Shown: in pieces, positions 1 through 11,814 of the stretch | Layout: each line of letters opens with the position of its first letter | Position numbering within the stretch: position 1 is the first letter of the stretch | Source of the DNA: an uncultured Verrucomicrobiae bacterium | GTDB lineage: Bacteria > Verrucomicrobiota > Verrucomicrobiia > Chthoniobacterales > UBA10450 | Assembly: GCA_963801815.1 (NCBI GenBank) | Contig: CAWDGJ010000002.1 | Coordinates: forward strand, 288,001-352,000 | DNA: 64,000 nt | Direction of reading: 5' to 3' | The notes under the pieces: model-generated | Seen by the model: the letters and a program-made list of their open reading frames with translations, nothing else | Told to the model about the DNA's origin: nothing | The model's database searches: none | Position numbers and translations under genes: made by a program

Positions 1-696
1 GAGGCTTCGACCGCGTGAATATAATAATGATTGGCGCCGAGATGATTTGGGTCGCGTTTCAAAACCGATTCCAGGGTCGCGACAATCTCTTCCGTGCCTT
101 CGGCCGCCTTGCCGTCCGCTGTCCAAAGTTTCCACGGATTCAGATTCATCATGCTCTCGGCAAAAAGCGTGGCTGCGTCGAGATCGTCCGGATACCGCGC
201 CGCCAGTTTGCGCATGGCATCGCTGTAGGCGTGATCCAGCGCGTGCAGATCGACGCTTGGATCGTTGGAATAACGGACCACCAGCGCATCGATGTAAGCG
301 CGCTCGGGCTCGGACGCGTTCTCTTTGAGCGCGACCGCCCGTCTGGACTGCGTCGTAACCCGCGCGCTCGCGTTCGGGATCGACCGGCAAGTTGTAATTT
401 GGGCCCAGCGTCAAAGCGACGCCCCAGTGCGCCATCGCCAGTTTTGGATCGAGCTCCGCGGCACGCGCGAAAGACCGCCGCGCTTCGTCGTGGTTGAATC
501 CATAAACCAGCTTCAGTCCTTGATCGAAAAACTGCTGGGCTTGCTGGTTCTTAGTCGAAACCGGATGATGTACTTCGCCAAGGCCAGGAATTAACCGGAC
601 CGGCGCTTCGGGATTCGGCGTTGCAGCGAGCAATTCCGAAGCAATCCAAACGAAAAAGACGAAACCTAAAGTGCGAGGCCCGGCTCCGCGGTTCAT
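1..696 (-). CDS. Secreted TPR-like helical-repeat protein, 3' end outside window; apparent 1-nt frameshift near 338
   Basis: Not in ORF track (runs off edge). Manual translation from ATG 696 (ATGA overlap with recA stop): [25 protein letters not shown]...[50 protein letters not shown]; after removing one G near 338 it continues [19 protein letters not shown]...[18 protein letters not shown]. Confidence 0.75.
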   Translation of the reverse strand, partial: MNRGAGPRTLGFVFFVWIASELLAATPNPEAPVRLIPGLGEVHHPVSTKNQQAQQFFDQGLKLVYGFNHDEARRSFARAAELDPKLAMAHWGVALTLGPNYNLPVDPERERAGYDAVQTGGRAQRERVRARARLHRCAGGPLFQRSKRRSARAGSRLQRCHAQTGGAVSGRSRRSHAFCREHDESESVETLDSGRQGGRRHGRDCRDPGIGFETRPKSSRRQSLLYSRGRSL

Positions 697-1730
697 TCGT
701 TGTCCTCGGCCAGCTTCGCCTTCACAGCGGCTTCGATTTCGTCGTAAAGCTTACGGTCCTCTTTCAGCACTTCCTTGGCGGCGTCGCGGCCCTGGGCGAG
801 TTGGGTCCCTTTGTAATTCAGCCATGAGCCGCGCTTCTCAATTACTTGTTTCTCGAGCGCGAGATCCAGAAGTGATCCCGTTGTGGAAATCCCTTCGTTA
901 TACATGATGTCGAATTCTGCCTCCGTGAACGGCGGTGCGACTTTGTTCTTCACGACTTTAATGCGCGTGCGATTTCCAGTTACGCTGCCGTCTGTCTGCT
1001 TGATCGCGCCGATGCGGCGGATGTCGATCCTGACGCTGGCATAGAATTTCAATGCCTTGCCGCCGGGCGTCGTCTCGGGATTACCAAACATCACACCAAT
1101 CTTCTCGCGGATCTGGTTCGTAAAAATGCAACAGGTGCGAGCTTTCGAAATGAGCGAAGTCAGTTTGCGCAACGCTGCGCTCATCAGCCGCGCTTGCGCG
1201 CCTACGGTTGCGTCGCCAATCTCGCCTTCCAATTCCGCTCGCGTGACCAACGCCGCCACCGAATCGAGAACGATAACGTCGAGCGAGTTGGAACGAATCA
1301 GGGTCTCGCAAATCCGCAGCGCCTCTTCACCCGAACTAGGCTGCGAAACCAACAAATCATCGAGATTCACGCCAAGTTTCTTGGCGTATTGCGGATCAAG
1401 CGCGTGCTCGACGTCGATGAAAGCTGCGAGCCCGCCGCGTTTTTGCGCCTGCGCGATCACCGTAAGCGTGAGCGTGGTTTTGCCGGAAGACTCAGGTCCA
1501 TAAACCTCCACGACTCGGCCGCGAGGAAATCCGCCAACGCCAAGGGCGCGATCGATCAAAATGTTGCCGGTCGGGATGACATCGATGTCGACAATCTTCT
1601 CGCCGCCCAGACGCATAATCGCGCCCTCGCCGTAATCCTTCGCAATTTGCTGAATGGCGAGATCGAGATTTTTGTTTCGTGCTGCGATTACTTTGTCGGC
1701 GCCGGTTTTCTCTTCAGTTTTGGTGGCCAT
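693..1730 (-). CDS. recA: Recombinase RecA
   Basis: GPESSGKTT Walker [38 protein letters not shown]. Confidence 0.99.
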   Translation of the reverse strand: MATKTEEKTGADKVIAARNKNLDLAIQQIAKDYGEGAIMRLGGEKIVDIDVIPTGNILIDRALGVGGFPRGRVVEVYGPESSGKTTLTLTVIAQAQKRGGLAAFIDVEHALDPQYAKKLGVNLDDLLVSQPSSGEEALRICETLIRSNSLDVIVLDSVAALVTRAELEGEIGDATVGAQARLMSAALRKLTSLISKARTCCIFTNQIREKIGVMFGNPETTPGGKALKFYASVRIDIRRIGAIKQTDGSVTGNRTRIKVVKNKVAPPFTEAEFDIMYNEGISTTGSLLDLALEKQVIEKRGSWLNYKGTQLAQGRDAAKEVLKEDRKLYDEIEAAVKAKLAEDNE

Positions 1731-1874
1731 AGCGTTTGGGGGGTTTTCTCTAAGTAAGTCGGGCCTGACAGGTTCGCCAAGCAGAAACTAAAAAAAACCG
1801 CCGGTTCAGCCTGTAGTTCGTCTAGCTTCGACAATTTGCACGAAACGGACACTATCGAATATTTGATCCTTAAA

Positions 1875-2909
1875 ATGAACAGCGACGAAAAGTTCATGCG
1901 GGAGGCCTTGCGCGAAGCGCGAAAGTCTATGGGCCAGACCAGTCCGAATCCCGTGGTCGGCGCAATTTTGATTTCAAACAATCGTGTCCTTGCGCGTGGA
2001 CATCATCGGCGCGCAGGCTTGCCCCATGCGGAAGTGGAGTGCTTACGGAGGTACAAACGCCAGGTCCCCAAGAGCGCGATATTGTTCGTCACGCTTGAAC
2101 CATGCTCATCCGTCGGCCGAACGGGTGCATGCACGGACGAAATCGTTCGCGCAGGCGTAAGATCAGTTGTCATTGGGACGACCGATCCCAATCCGCGACA
2201 TCGCGGCCGTGGAATAGAAATCCTGCAAAACGCCGGAATCGAAGTTCGCACCGGAATTCTGGCAGAGGAATGCGCGCGCCTGAATGAGGCATTCAACAAA
2301 TGGATCGCGACCGGGATTCCGTTCGTAATTGCGAAGTGCGGAATGAGTCTGGACGGGCGCCTGACTCGACCGAAACGTGAAGGGCGCTGGATCACAAGTG
2401 CGGCCGCGCGCAAGCACGCCCACAGACTGCGGTCGGAAAGCGATGCGATCTTTGTCGGCGCGGAAACGGTGAGGATCGACAATCCCCGGTTGACCGTTCG
2501 AGGTGTACATCATTTCCGCCAACCGATGCGCGTGGTGATAACCCGATCAGGAAAACTTCCGGGTCGTGCCCGAATTTTTACAGACCGGCAGGCGAAAAAC
2601 ACTTTGGTTTATCGAAACGAGCCGCTTGCCGCTATTTTGGCCGATCTCGGCAAGAAAGATGTAGTCAGTGTAACGATTGAAGGCGGCGGAAGTGTGCTCG
2701 GCCACGCCCTCGACCAGCGCTTGATCGACAAGGTGCAGATTTACACCGCGCCAATTCTTACTGGCGGCGGTGTGCCCGCGTTCGCTGGAGATGGCGCACG
2801 GTCGACATCGGGGAGCGCACGATTGGACAGGATCAGCTTTGAAAGAATTGGTCCCGATCTTTGCGTCACCGGCTATCCGAGGTATGCAACACCCGTCGCG
2901 AGCGAATAA
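1875..2909 (+). CDS. ribD: Bifunctional riboflavin biosynthesis deaminase/reductase
   Basis: PNPVVGA, HAE, TLEPC-x8-C zinc motif, SLDG, DNPRLT, IEGG; ATG 1875 (MNSDEKFM) preferred to the ORF-track start 1836. Confidence 0.96.
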   Translation: MNSDEKFMREALREARKSMGQTSPNPVVGAILISNNRVLARGHHRRAGLPHAEVECLRRYKRQVPKSAILFVTLEPCSSVGRTGACTDEIVRAGVRSVVIGTTDPNPRHRGRGIEILQNAGIEVRTGILAEECARLNEAFNKWIATGIPFVIAKCGMSLDGRLTRPKREGRWITSAAARKHAHRLRSESDAIFVGAETVRIDNPRLTVRGVHHFRQPMRVVITRSGKLPGRARIFTDRQAKNTLVYRNEPLAAILADLGKKDVVSVTIEGGGSVLGHALDQRLIDKVQIYTAPILTGGGVPAFAGDGARSTSGSARLDRISFERIGPDLCVTGYPRYATPVASE

Positions 2910-2969
2910 TCGCAAGCAACTTTTCGTCTGACATAATGTTCAATCGTTAGTTTGGGAGGTAAAGGAACA

Positions 2970-3233
2970 ATGAAGAAACTACTGTTAATTGCGTTGGCTG
3001 CTGGCGGTATCGCGTTGGCGTCCGCTCCGAGTTCCAACGCGGGTGTGTCAGTTGGCATCGGGGTCGGGTTCCCGGGGCCTTACCCGTATCCCTATTACGG
3101 CTACGGCTATCCGTATCCTTATTATGGGTACGCTTATCGGTATTGGTACGGCCCGGGCTATTATTGGTACCACGGTCGTCGGGCGTATTTCTCGAGGGCA
3201 TGGCCTCACGCGCGGTATCGGCACTGGCGATAA
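2970..3233 (+). CDS. Small secreted Tyr/Gly/Pro-rich protein
   Basis: AAAGGA 4 nt upstream of ATG 2970; signal peptide MKKLLLIALAAGGIALASAPSSNA, then GVSVGIGVG and YPYPYYGYGY repeats. Confidence 0.75.
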   Translation: MKKLLLIALAAGGIALASAPSSNAGVSVGIGVGFPGPYPYPYYGYGYPYPYYGYAYRYWYGPGYYWYHGRRAYFSRAWPHARYRHWR

Positions 3234-3255
3234 AGCGCTAAGGAATTGCTCTTGC

Positions 3256-3290
3256 ACTGGCGGGCTCAAAGCCCGCCGGTTTTATTTTTT
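3256..3290 (+). terminator. Intrinsic terminator between convergent genes
   Basis: Stem ACTGGCGGGCT/AGCCCGCCGGT followed by TTTATTTTTT. Confidence 0.75.
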
Positions 3291-3818
3291 CGTCGACGCC
3301 GAGGCTGCGGGTGCTGATGTCGACCCAGGAGACGAGGACGACTCCTGAAATTCCTTTTTCAAACGGTCCTGTAGCGCAGGCAACTGCTGTTGCCGTTGGG
3401 TCTCGATCTCCTGCCGGAGCGAATGCTCAATCCGACGCCGTTCCTGCAGGTAGCGCTGTTCAAATTGGGCTCGCCTTTCGCCTTCAAGGTGCAGGCCGGA
3501 ATTTCGGAGCGCTGCCTCTACTTCCCTGCTGACCTGGGCCCGATAAATTTTCTCGCGCTGGCGCATTATCATGCGCTCCTCGGGACTCATTTGCATCCAG
3601 CGCTCGGCGTTTCGTTGAAAGATTTGCCGGTCCTGCGGAGGAAGTGCGAGGTATCGCTGGCGAGTTTCATTGAAAGCCGGACCTCGGTGCGGCGCGGGCA
3701 TTGCGTGGGCCCCGGCGGCCCGTTGGCCATGAGGCTGAGCGTTGGCTAAAGGCGAGCTCAGAACCAGTATCGCAAGCGCTGCGCTACTGCCTACAAGGTT
3801 TGAGTGTCGTCGTCCCAC
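3282..3818 (-). CDS. Exported DUF3106-like helical protein
   Basis: Hydrophobic N-terminus, then YLALPPQDRQ..ERWMQMSPEER pattern typical of DUF3106-like proteins; start uncertain. Confidence 0.6.
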   Translation of the reverse strand: MGRRHSNLVGSSAALAILVLSSPLANAQPHGQRAAGAHAMPAPHRGPAFNETRQRYLALPPQDRQIFQRNAERWMQMSPEERMIMRQREKIYRAQVSREVEAALRNSGLHLEGERRAQFEQRYLQERRRIEHSLRQEIETQRQQQLPALQDRLKKEFQESSSSPGSTSAPAASASTKK

Positions 3819-4147
3819 AAGCTGCTCTCATCAGTGACCAGCAATTCATCCAGATCGGCGACCACGTCATAGTCCTGTGGGTCGATCTGTGCAATCACAT
3901 CCGGCGTGCTATCGACAGATTTCTGGCGCCCCGGATGATGGAGCGCCACGACCGCTGCGATTACTGCAGCGGCCAGACCTGCGGCCGGCACAAGTCTGCG
4001 CAAACTGAACCAATTGCGCAGGATTCCAAGTGAGTACGACTGTGGCCGGGTAGCCCGAACAATATTGCGGGCAAAAAAGGGCGAAAGCTTCGGCTCCGAA
4101 GCGTGGCCCAGGAGGTCCCATAATTGCTGGTCGTCTTCGCGTTTCAT
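3791..4147 (-). CDS. Single-pass membrane protein, anti-sigma-factor-like
   Basis: GAGGA upstream of ATG 4147; MKREDDQQLWDLLGHASEPKLSPFFARNIVRA, one TM helix, acidic tail DYDVVADLDELL. Confidence 0.6.
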   Translation of the reverse strand: MKREDDQQLWDLLGHASEPKLSPFFARNIVRATRPQSYSLGILRNWFSLRRLVPAAGLAAAVIAAVVALHHPGRQKSVDSTPDVIAQIDPQDYDVVADLDELLVTDESSLWDDDTQTL

Positions 4148-4220
4148 TTCCTCGCGAATTAAACAAACTCGATTACTGAAAGTTGCGCGAAGGCCACAAG
4201 TCGCCGAGTGCGGTAAGGCC

Positions 4221-6047
<1,827 letters not shown>

Positions 6048-6099
6048 GACTGTGGGTTAAGGGTTGTGGCCTTCGATCAGCGTTCCCGCGGTTCGACAA

Positions 6100-7902
6100 T
6101 TAACGGCCGGCCTCAGGAACAGACGAAAGCCCGGAAATCTGCTGGAGTTGCTCACGTAGGTCAACAATTTCTTTCTGTAAATTCACTACTTCGCCGGTAG
6201 TCAATCGAGGGAGGCGAATTCGCGTTTCCGCGATCTCGAGCTGGCGCCGCAAGGACCCCTGCATCAGGCCCTTCCACCAGCCCTCAGTGACCTCCACCGC
6301 ATTTGCCGGCACTTTTTGCATCAACCAAGCAGAAACCAGACCCTCCTCTTCCGCAGACAGGCCGGTCATGAACGAGTTGAGCGAGGCCGAGTCGTCTGGA
6401 CGCAGGTCAGTCTCCAGAATCTTGATTAGCAATTCCGTTCCCGGGATCTGTTGTAACACCTCTCGCCAATTCTGTTGCAGGAGAAAACCGCGGGCCGCTT
6501 CCTCGCGCAGAGCCAGAAGACAAAGCATTGCCACGTCGTGCTTTGGCGCGACGGCACCCTCGGCCGGACGACTCTGCGCAGGTGACGAACGCTCTCGCCG
6601 CTGCTCGGGCACGAGCCTTTCAAACTCGGACGCAGGCACGCCCAACCGTGCGCTCATTTTATTCAAGACTTCGCCGCGCATCAGCGGATCACGCACCTGA
6701 GCGGCAGTGTCCGCGAGCTTGCGCGCCAACTGCACCTTGGCGCTGAGTGAGTTTAGATCGACACTCCCGACTTCGCGCTCAATCCAGTAATCGAAAAAGT
6801 CTTGGGCCGCCGCGACCCTTTTGTCGAATTCCTCTTTACCGTTTCGACGTATCAGCGAATCCGGATCTTCGCCCGCCGGCATGTCGACAATGCGCACGAC
6901 AAGATCGTGCTGAAGAAGCGAATCCAACGAATGGTGCGCCGCTTTCTGCCCCGCTTGATCGGCATCGAAGCACAGGACAACTTCGTCAACAAAACGCTTG
7001 AGAATCCGCGCCTGATGATCAGTGAAAGCTGTTCCCTGGGGCGCAACGACGTTCTTGATTCCCGCCTCGAACAAACTGATCAGGTCGAGCTGGCCCTCGC
7101 AGACAATCGCGCAGTTCGCCTCGATCAACGCGCGCTTTGTTTTATGCAGTCCAAATAAAACGCGTCCTTTTTGGAAAAGCGGCGTTTCCGGTGAGTTCAC
7201 GTATTTCGGCGCTTGCGGATCGGCTTCGAGCAATCGGCCGCTGAACGCAATCACTTCACCGACGTCGTTGCAGATTGGAAACATGATCCGCCCCCGAAAC
7301 CGGTCGTAAATTTCGCCGCTGGGACGATCCTCGTCCCGCGGCTTCACCAATCCGCTTTGCAACAATTGGGCGCGGGAATACCCGCGATCGAGCGCCCATT
7401 TCAAAAATCCGTCCCAACTTTCCGGCGCAAAACCGAGCTGCCAATCTTTCGCAACCTGCCGGTCGATTCCGCGCTTCTTCAAGTAAGCCCGGGCTGGCTC
7501 GGCGAACTCTTTCTTTAAAAGATTTTCCTGAAACCATTCGGCCGCCTCGGCGTGCAGCTTCAACAATGTGCGCCGGGCTTCGTGTTGCCGATCTTCCTCC
7601 GGGCCACTGCGTTCTTCTACGATAGGAATGCCAACGCGCGCCGCCAATTTTCGAACGGCCGATGGAAAGTCGACGTGCTCGTATTCCATCACGAACCGAA
7701 AAACGCTTCCGCCCACCCCGCAGCCGAAGCAGTGAAAGGTCTGCCGTTGCGGATTGACATGAAACGATGGCGTCTTTTCCTGGTGAAACGGGCAAAGCGC
7801 CTTGAAATTCGCGCCGGCGCGTTTCAGCGGGAAATAGGAACCAATGACTTCGACGATGTCGTTTGCCGCCGCGACTTGTTCGATGGTTTCGGAAGGAATC
7901 AC
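6100..7902 (-). CDS. dnaG: DNA primase
   Basis: CPFHQEKTPSF..HCFGC zinc finger, FRGRIMFPI, KYVNSPET, TOPRIM CEGQLD/FDAD; GTG 7902 chosen because the longer ORF overlaps the divergent gene. Confidence 0.97.
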   Translation of the reverse strand: MIPSETIEQVAAANDIVEVIGSYFPLKRAGANFKALCPFHQEKTPSFHVNPQRQTFHCFGCGVGGSVFRFVMEYEHVDFPSAVRKLAARVGIPIVEERSGPEEDRQHEARRTLLKLHAEAAEWFQENLLKKEFAEPARAYLKKRGIDRQVAKDWQLGFAPESWDGFLKWALDRGYSRAQLLQSGLVKPRDEDRPSGEIYDRFRGRIMFPICNDVGEVIAFSGRLLEADPQAPKYVNSPETPLFQKGRVLFGLHKTKRALIEANCAIVCEGQLDLISLFEAGIKNVVAPQGTAFTDHQARILKRFVDEVVLCFDADQAGQKAAHHSLDSLLQHDLVVRIVDMPAGEDPDSLIRRNGKEEFDKRVAAAQDFFDYWIEREVGSVDLNSLSAKVQLARKLADTAAQVRDPLMRGEVLNKMSARLGVPASEFERLVPEQRRERSSPAQSRPAEGAVAPKHDVAMLCLLALREEAARGFLLQQNWREVLQQIPGTELLIKILETDLRPDDSASLNSFMTGLSAEEEGLVSAWLMQKVPANAVEVTEGWWKGLMQGSLRRQLEIAETRIRLPRLTTGEVVNLQKEIVDLREQLQQISGLSSVPEAGR

Positions 7903-7975
7903 TGGTTTAATTTTTCGCTCGTTTGCGCTCTGAAGCGATGCCAAATTTAGCCGACGCCCGCATGGATTCCAACCG

Positions 7976-9373
7976 ATGAAGAGACTGTCGATCCTCAGCC
8001 TGGTCGCGATGCTTCTGCTGCTTGAGACGGGGTACGCCCGCGATGTCATCCACAAAGGCGACGTGGTCATAGTTCCTTTGCGCGGCGAAATTTCGCCATC
8101 GCTTCTGATGTTTCTGCGACGCGCGGAAAAGCTGGCCGAAGCCAACGGTGCCAGTGCCATTATTTTCGAAATGAATACTTACGGGGGCCGTCTCGATGCC
8201 GCCGAGGAAATCACGAGCGTTCTGAATCATGCGACAATTCCGACCTATACGTTCATCAATTCAAATGCGGGTTCCGCTGGGGCACTGATCGCGCTCGCAA
8301 CTCAACATATCTATATGGCGCCGGTGAGTGCTATCGGCGCGGCCGCTCCGGTCCTGGCCACGGGTCAAGATCTTCCCGTCACAGAACGCGAGAAGACAAT
8401 TTCCTACTGGTCGGCGTTAATCCGCGGTTCAGCCTTGAAAAACGGACACAATCCGGACGTTGGCGAGGCGTTCATGAACAAAGACAAAGAAGTAAAGGTT
8501 GGCGACCGGGTTATTCATCCAAAGGGAACGCTTCTGACCCTCAATGCGCAGGAAGCGACCGAAAAAATAAACGGGAAGCCCCTGCTGGCGGATGGAATCG
8601 CCGACTCGATCGGCGATCTGGTGCACAAAGCAGGACTAAAGGGAAATCTTGTTTCGCTTCATCCCACCGGTTTCGAGCAACTCGCGTTCTGGATCACGGC
8701 GCTGGCGCCGTTCCTTTTACTCGCCGGCATCATCGGAGCGTGGCTCGAATTTAAGATCCCCGGCGCAACTTTGCCCGGATTCATTTCGGCGGTCTGTTTT
8801 GCCCTGTTTTTCCTTGGCCATTATCTGGCCGGACTCGCCGGCTGGGAAGTAGTCGCACTTTTCGTTTTGGGAATGGTCCTGGTCATCATCGAGATTCTGT
8901 TCTTCGCCCACTCCACCATTGTTTTCGGCGTGGTCGGGGTATTCCTCATCCTCGCGTCTTTGCTCTGGGCGATGATCGACCGTTATCCGGGCGAAACATT
9001 CTTCCCGACCGGTCACGCCCTTGCGATGCCAATGTTGAATCTGCTCCTGTCGTTGATTGGAGCTGCGATAGTGATTTCCCTGTTGGCGCGCTATTTGCCG
9101 AAAACGAGCATTTATCGGCGCTTTGCGCTAATGACAGCAAACCCGCCAGGACCATCTTTGGCCGGAGTCCCGCGCGAATTTGCCACTACACTCGATCTTT
9201 CGCCGGGGGCAGAAGGAACGTCATTGTCGATCCTGCGCCCAAGCGGCAAAGCGCGCTTCTTCGATCAGATCATCGATGTTGTCACACAAGGCGAGTTTAT
9301 TCCGTCAAACACGGCGATCACCGTGGTGCGCAAGGACGGAATGCGCGTTGTGGTTAGAGCGACGCGTTCTTAA
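7976..9373 (+). CDS. nfeD: Long-form NfeD membrane-bound serine protease (ClpP class)
   Basis: Signal peptide, MNTYGG, AGSAGALIALA, IYMAP..IGAAAP, TM bundle, C-terminal LRPSGKA..DVVTQGEFI OB-fold. Confidence 0.88.
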   Translation: MKRLSILSLVAMLLLLETGYARDVIHKGDVVIVPLRGEISPSLLMFLRRAEKLAEANGASAIIFEMNTYGGRLDAAEEITSVLNHATIPTYTFINSNAGSAGALIALATQHIYMAPVSAIGAAAPVLATGQDLPVTEREKTISYWSALIRGSALKNGHNPDVGEAFMNKDKEVKVGDRVIHPKGTLLTLNAQEATEKINGKPLLADGIADSIGDLVHKAGLKGNLVSLHPTGFEQLAFWITALAPFLLLAGIIGAWLEFKIPGATLPGFISAVCFALFFLGHYLAGLAGWEVVALFVLGMVLVIIEILFFAHSTIVFGVVGVFLILASLLWAMIDRYPGETFFPTGHALAMPMLNLLLSLIGAAIVISLLARYLPKTSIYRRFALMTANPPGPSLAGVPREFATTLDLSPGAEGTSLSILRPSGKARFFDQIIDVVTQGEFIPSNTAITVVRKDGMRVVVRATRS

Positions 9374-9570
9374 CCACCGGCCACCACGCGGATAATTTCG
9401 ATTCGATCGCCGTCAGACAGAAGTCGTTGTTGCCATTCGCGTGGACGCAATGCAACCCCGTTGTGTTCGATTAAAACCGTCTGCGGCGGCATCCGGTATC
9501 GTTGCATTAACTCAGCGACATTCTCAGCGTTTTGAATGTCCGTTCGCTCACCGTTAAGGAAAATCCGCAT
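9370..9570 (-). CDS. thiS: Sulfur carrier protein ThiS
   Basis: 66 aa, MRIFLNGE...DGDRIEIIRVVAGG ending in GG; TAATG coupling with thiH. Confidence 0.92.
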   Translation of the reverse strand: MRIFLNGERTDIQNAENVAELMQRYRMPPQTVLIEHNGVALRPREWQQRLLSDGDRIEIIRVVAGG

Positions 9571-10691
9571 TACCCGGTGAGTGCTTGTTCCCCATCTTTC
9601 CAAATCGGCTCCATTCCTCGCTGCCGCAACAAAGTCACGATCTGATCCGGCGATCGGTCATCGCTGATTTCAAACTGGCCAGTCGCCAGTTCGTCTTGTC
9701 CATCCTGGAATTCCGGAGGCACGATTCGGCCACGCACCGTTCGATGCAGATGCTCGATTCCGCGACGAGTGTACCCGCCGGGTTCGGTGTGGCTGCCAGC
9801 ACTCATCATCGTCACGCCTAACGAAACGAGAGCATCGCGCAAGGTTGGTCGCTCTCGCGTGCTTAACACAATCGCAACCTGCGGGAAAATTATCCGTAAC
9901 GCACAAATCAGCTGGGCCAATTCGCGATCACTAATGGAAAAAAGTGGGCGGAAACCACCCGCGGCGGGACGAAGCCGGGGCAGGCTAACCGTGATCTGGG
10001 CTTGCCAACAATGTTGCAGCAAATATTCGACATGGGCCGCCAGGGCGATCGCCTCGTCCTGCCAGCGCCACAGCCCGAGTAGCGCTCCGATACCGAGGCG
10101 GCGAAATCCCGCGGCGTAGGCCCTCTCTGGGGAGTCCAGGCGGTAGTCGAAATCACGCTTAGGTCCGGCGGTATGAAGTTCGGCATACACCCCGCGCTGA
10201 TAGGTCTCTTGATAAACAACCAGACCTTCCGCGCCGGCCCGCACGATCGGAAGATAATCGCTCGTCGACATCGGACCTACTTCGATGGCGATCGATGGAA
10301 AGTCCGGCGCCAATGCGCGAACGCATTGAACCAGGTACTTGCCGCTGACAAATTTGGGGTGTTCCCCCGCCACCAGCAGAATCTGACGAAAGCCCGCGTC
10401 ACGAAGATAACGAGCTTCCGCAGCGACTTCGCTAACGCTGAGGGTGACGCGCAGTATCGGGTTGTCGCGCGAAAAACCGCAGTAGCGACAGTTATTGATA
10501 CATTCGTTGGAAAGATAAAGCGGAGCGAACAGCCGCATCGTCCGGCCAAAATTCTGGAGCGTCAGGGTTCGCGACGCTTGGGCCATCGATTCCAGTTCGG
10601 CGTCAGACTTCGGAGCGATCAGCCGTTCGAACTGGCGAACGGACGCTGACTTCTGAAGGGCGAGATTATCAAGCGTTTCGGCAAACGACAT
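9570..10691 (-). CDS. thiH: 2-iminoacetate synthase (radical SAM)
   Basis: LFAPLYLSNECINNCRYCGF, YQETY, SAGSHTEPGGY, QFEISDDRS; adjacent to thiS. Confidence 0.92.
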   Translation of the reverse strand: MSFAETLDNLALQKSASVRQFERLIAPKSDAELESMAQASRTLTLQNFGRTMRLFAPLYLSNECINNCRYCGFSRDNPILRVTLSVSEVAAEARYLRDAGFRQILLVAGEHPKFVSGKYLVQCVRALAPDFPSIAIEVGPMSTSDYLPIVRAGAEGLVVYQETYQRGVYAELHTAGPKRDFDYRLDSPERAYAAGFRRLGIGALLGLWRWQDEAIALAAHVEYLLQHCWQAQITVSLPRLRPAAGGFRPLFSISDRELAQLICALRIIFPQVAIVLSTRERPTLRDALVSLGVTMMSAGSHTEPGGYTRRGIEHLHRTVRGRIVPPEFQDGQDELATGQFEISDDRSPDQIVTLLRQRGMEPIWKDGEQALTG

Positions 10692-10776
10692 CAGCACAAT
10701 TTCGTGCCAAGCCGCAGCTTCGCAAATTCAGCGGCCTGAATTTGGGTAACGTCGATCGTAAGAGATATCGCAAGCC

Positions 10777-10817
10777 AAAAAGCAAAACGCCGAAGCGTAT
10801 GAAACGCTCCGGCGTTT
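10777..10817 (-). terminator. Intrinsic terminator of the outer-membrane protein gene
   Basis: Stem 10785-10798/10804-10817, followed on the minus strand by TGCTTTTT. Confidence 0.7.
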
Positions 10818-10836
10818 AAATTATGCTTTTCTGACC

Positions 10837-11802
10837 TTAGTAGGCAAAAGTGACGCCAAATCGCACCATTCCGAAATCCTGATTGTCGCTGCCTTGACCA
10901 GGCTTCAGGAAATTGGCGGAATTGATAACGGGTGTCGACGAAATCACAGTCCCAAAGAGTTCCGTGAGATCGCTCCCTTGTTCATTAAACGTGCCGATCT
11001 TGTCGTTATGATCCTGGCCGAACACAAAGTTCCAGGTGAAGTCGCTCATCAACCCGATATGGCAGGTGATGCGGTATTCCATACCCACGCCGATCTGGCC
11101 GAGCCCTCTGATGTGTTTATTGCCAACCGGGTCTGTCGTCCAGAATTCGTGTTCGTTAATGACGTAACCGTTTCTGCTTTCGCCTCCCGACGTCAGGGTT
11201 CCAACTACATTCTGTTCGTTGAAAAACTTGTACATTGTTACGCCGCCTCCGATGAAACCTAGCCCACCGGTAACATAAGGAGCGAAGCGTCCCCACGGGT
11301 AGCGCGCCGTCAACGTAAGCAGTCCGCCACCTGCGAAGTTGGTCTTTGCAGCGAAGCCGACTCCTTCGATGCCTGCGCCGAAGTATTTGCTCCAGAAATA
11401 TTTTACGTCAACGCCGCCGCCCCAAGCATTGTCGTTTCCGAAAAGTTGGTTTTGACTGACCTGTCCAATGTTCAGACGCTCGTTCGGATTATCGGCTCCT
11501 TGCTCGGCTGGCGGATTTGGAAATTCCCCGAAACCAGTGCCGATATCGACTGTGCTCGGATCCGAGTCCGGTACGAACGGATCATTATTCGGGACATCGA
11601 ATTGGCCGGTATCAGATCCGAAGGCGTAGGCGCCCCAAATCCCGAGGTCCCATTCATGAGCGCGATAGAAGTCGCACACGGGCGGTGCCGGCTGCATCAC
11701 TTCTTTCTTGCCGGAATACGCTTCCGGACCGTCGGCGAAAATTGCCGGCGCTGCTGCGAATAATGCGAACAATGCGCAAAAGGTTAAGGTCAGTTTTTTC
11801 AT
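10837..11802 (-). CDS. Outer-membrane beta-barrel protein with long loop inserts
   Basis: Signal peptide, amphipathic strands (WGGGVDVKYFW, FAPYVTGGLGF, GVGMEYRI), C-terminal GMVRFGVTFAY beta-signal. Confidence 0.8.
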   Translation of the reverse strand: MKKLTLTFCALFALFAAAPAIFADGPEAYSGKKEVMQPAPPVCDFYRAHEWDLGIWGAYAFGSDTGQFDVPNNDPFVPDSDPSTVDIGTGFGEFPNPPAEQGADNPNERLNIGQVSQNQLFGNDNAWGGGVDVKYFWSKYFGAGIEGVGFAAKTNFAGGGLLTLTARYPWGRFAPYVTGGLGFIGGGVTMYKFFNEQNVVGTLTSGGESRNGYVINEHEFWTTDPVGNKHIRGLGQIGVGMEYRITCHIGLMSDFTWNFVFGQDHNDKIGTFNEQGSDLTELFGTVISSTPVINSANFLKPGQGSDNQDFGMVRFGVTFAY

Positions 11803-11814
11803 AACTTGGCTATG

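Noticed and set aside
1731..1874. LexA/SOS box upstream of recA
   Set aside because: Several GTTC half-sites, but none has a matching GAAC at a palindromic spacing.
7903..8160. 86-aa N-terminal extension of DnaG in the ORF track
   Set aside because: Overlaps the divergent nfeD gene; primase similarity begins near 7902.
10692..10836. TPP riboswitch upstream of thiH
   Set aside because: No CTGAGA core; the only hairpin is the upstream gene's terminator.
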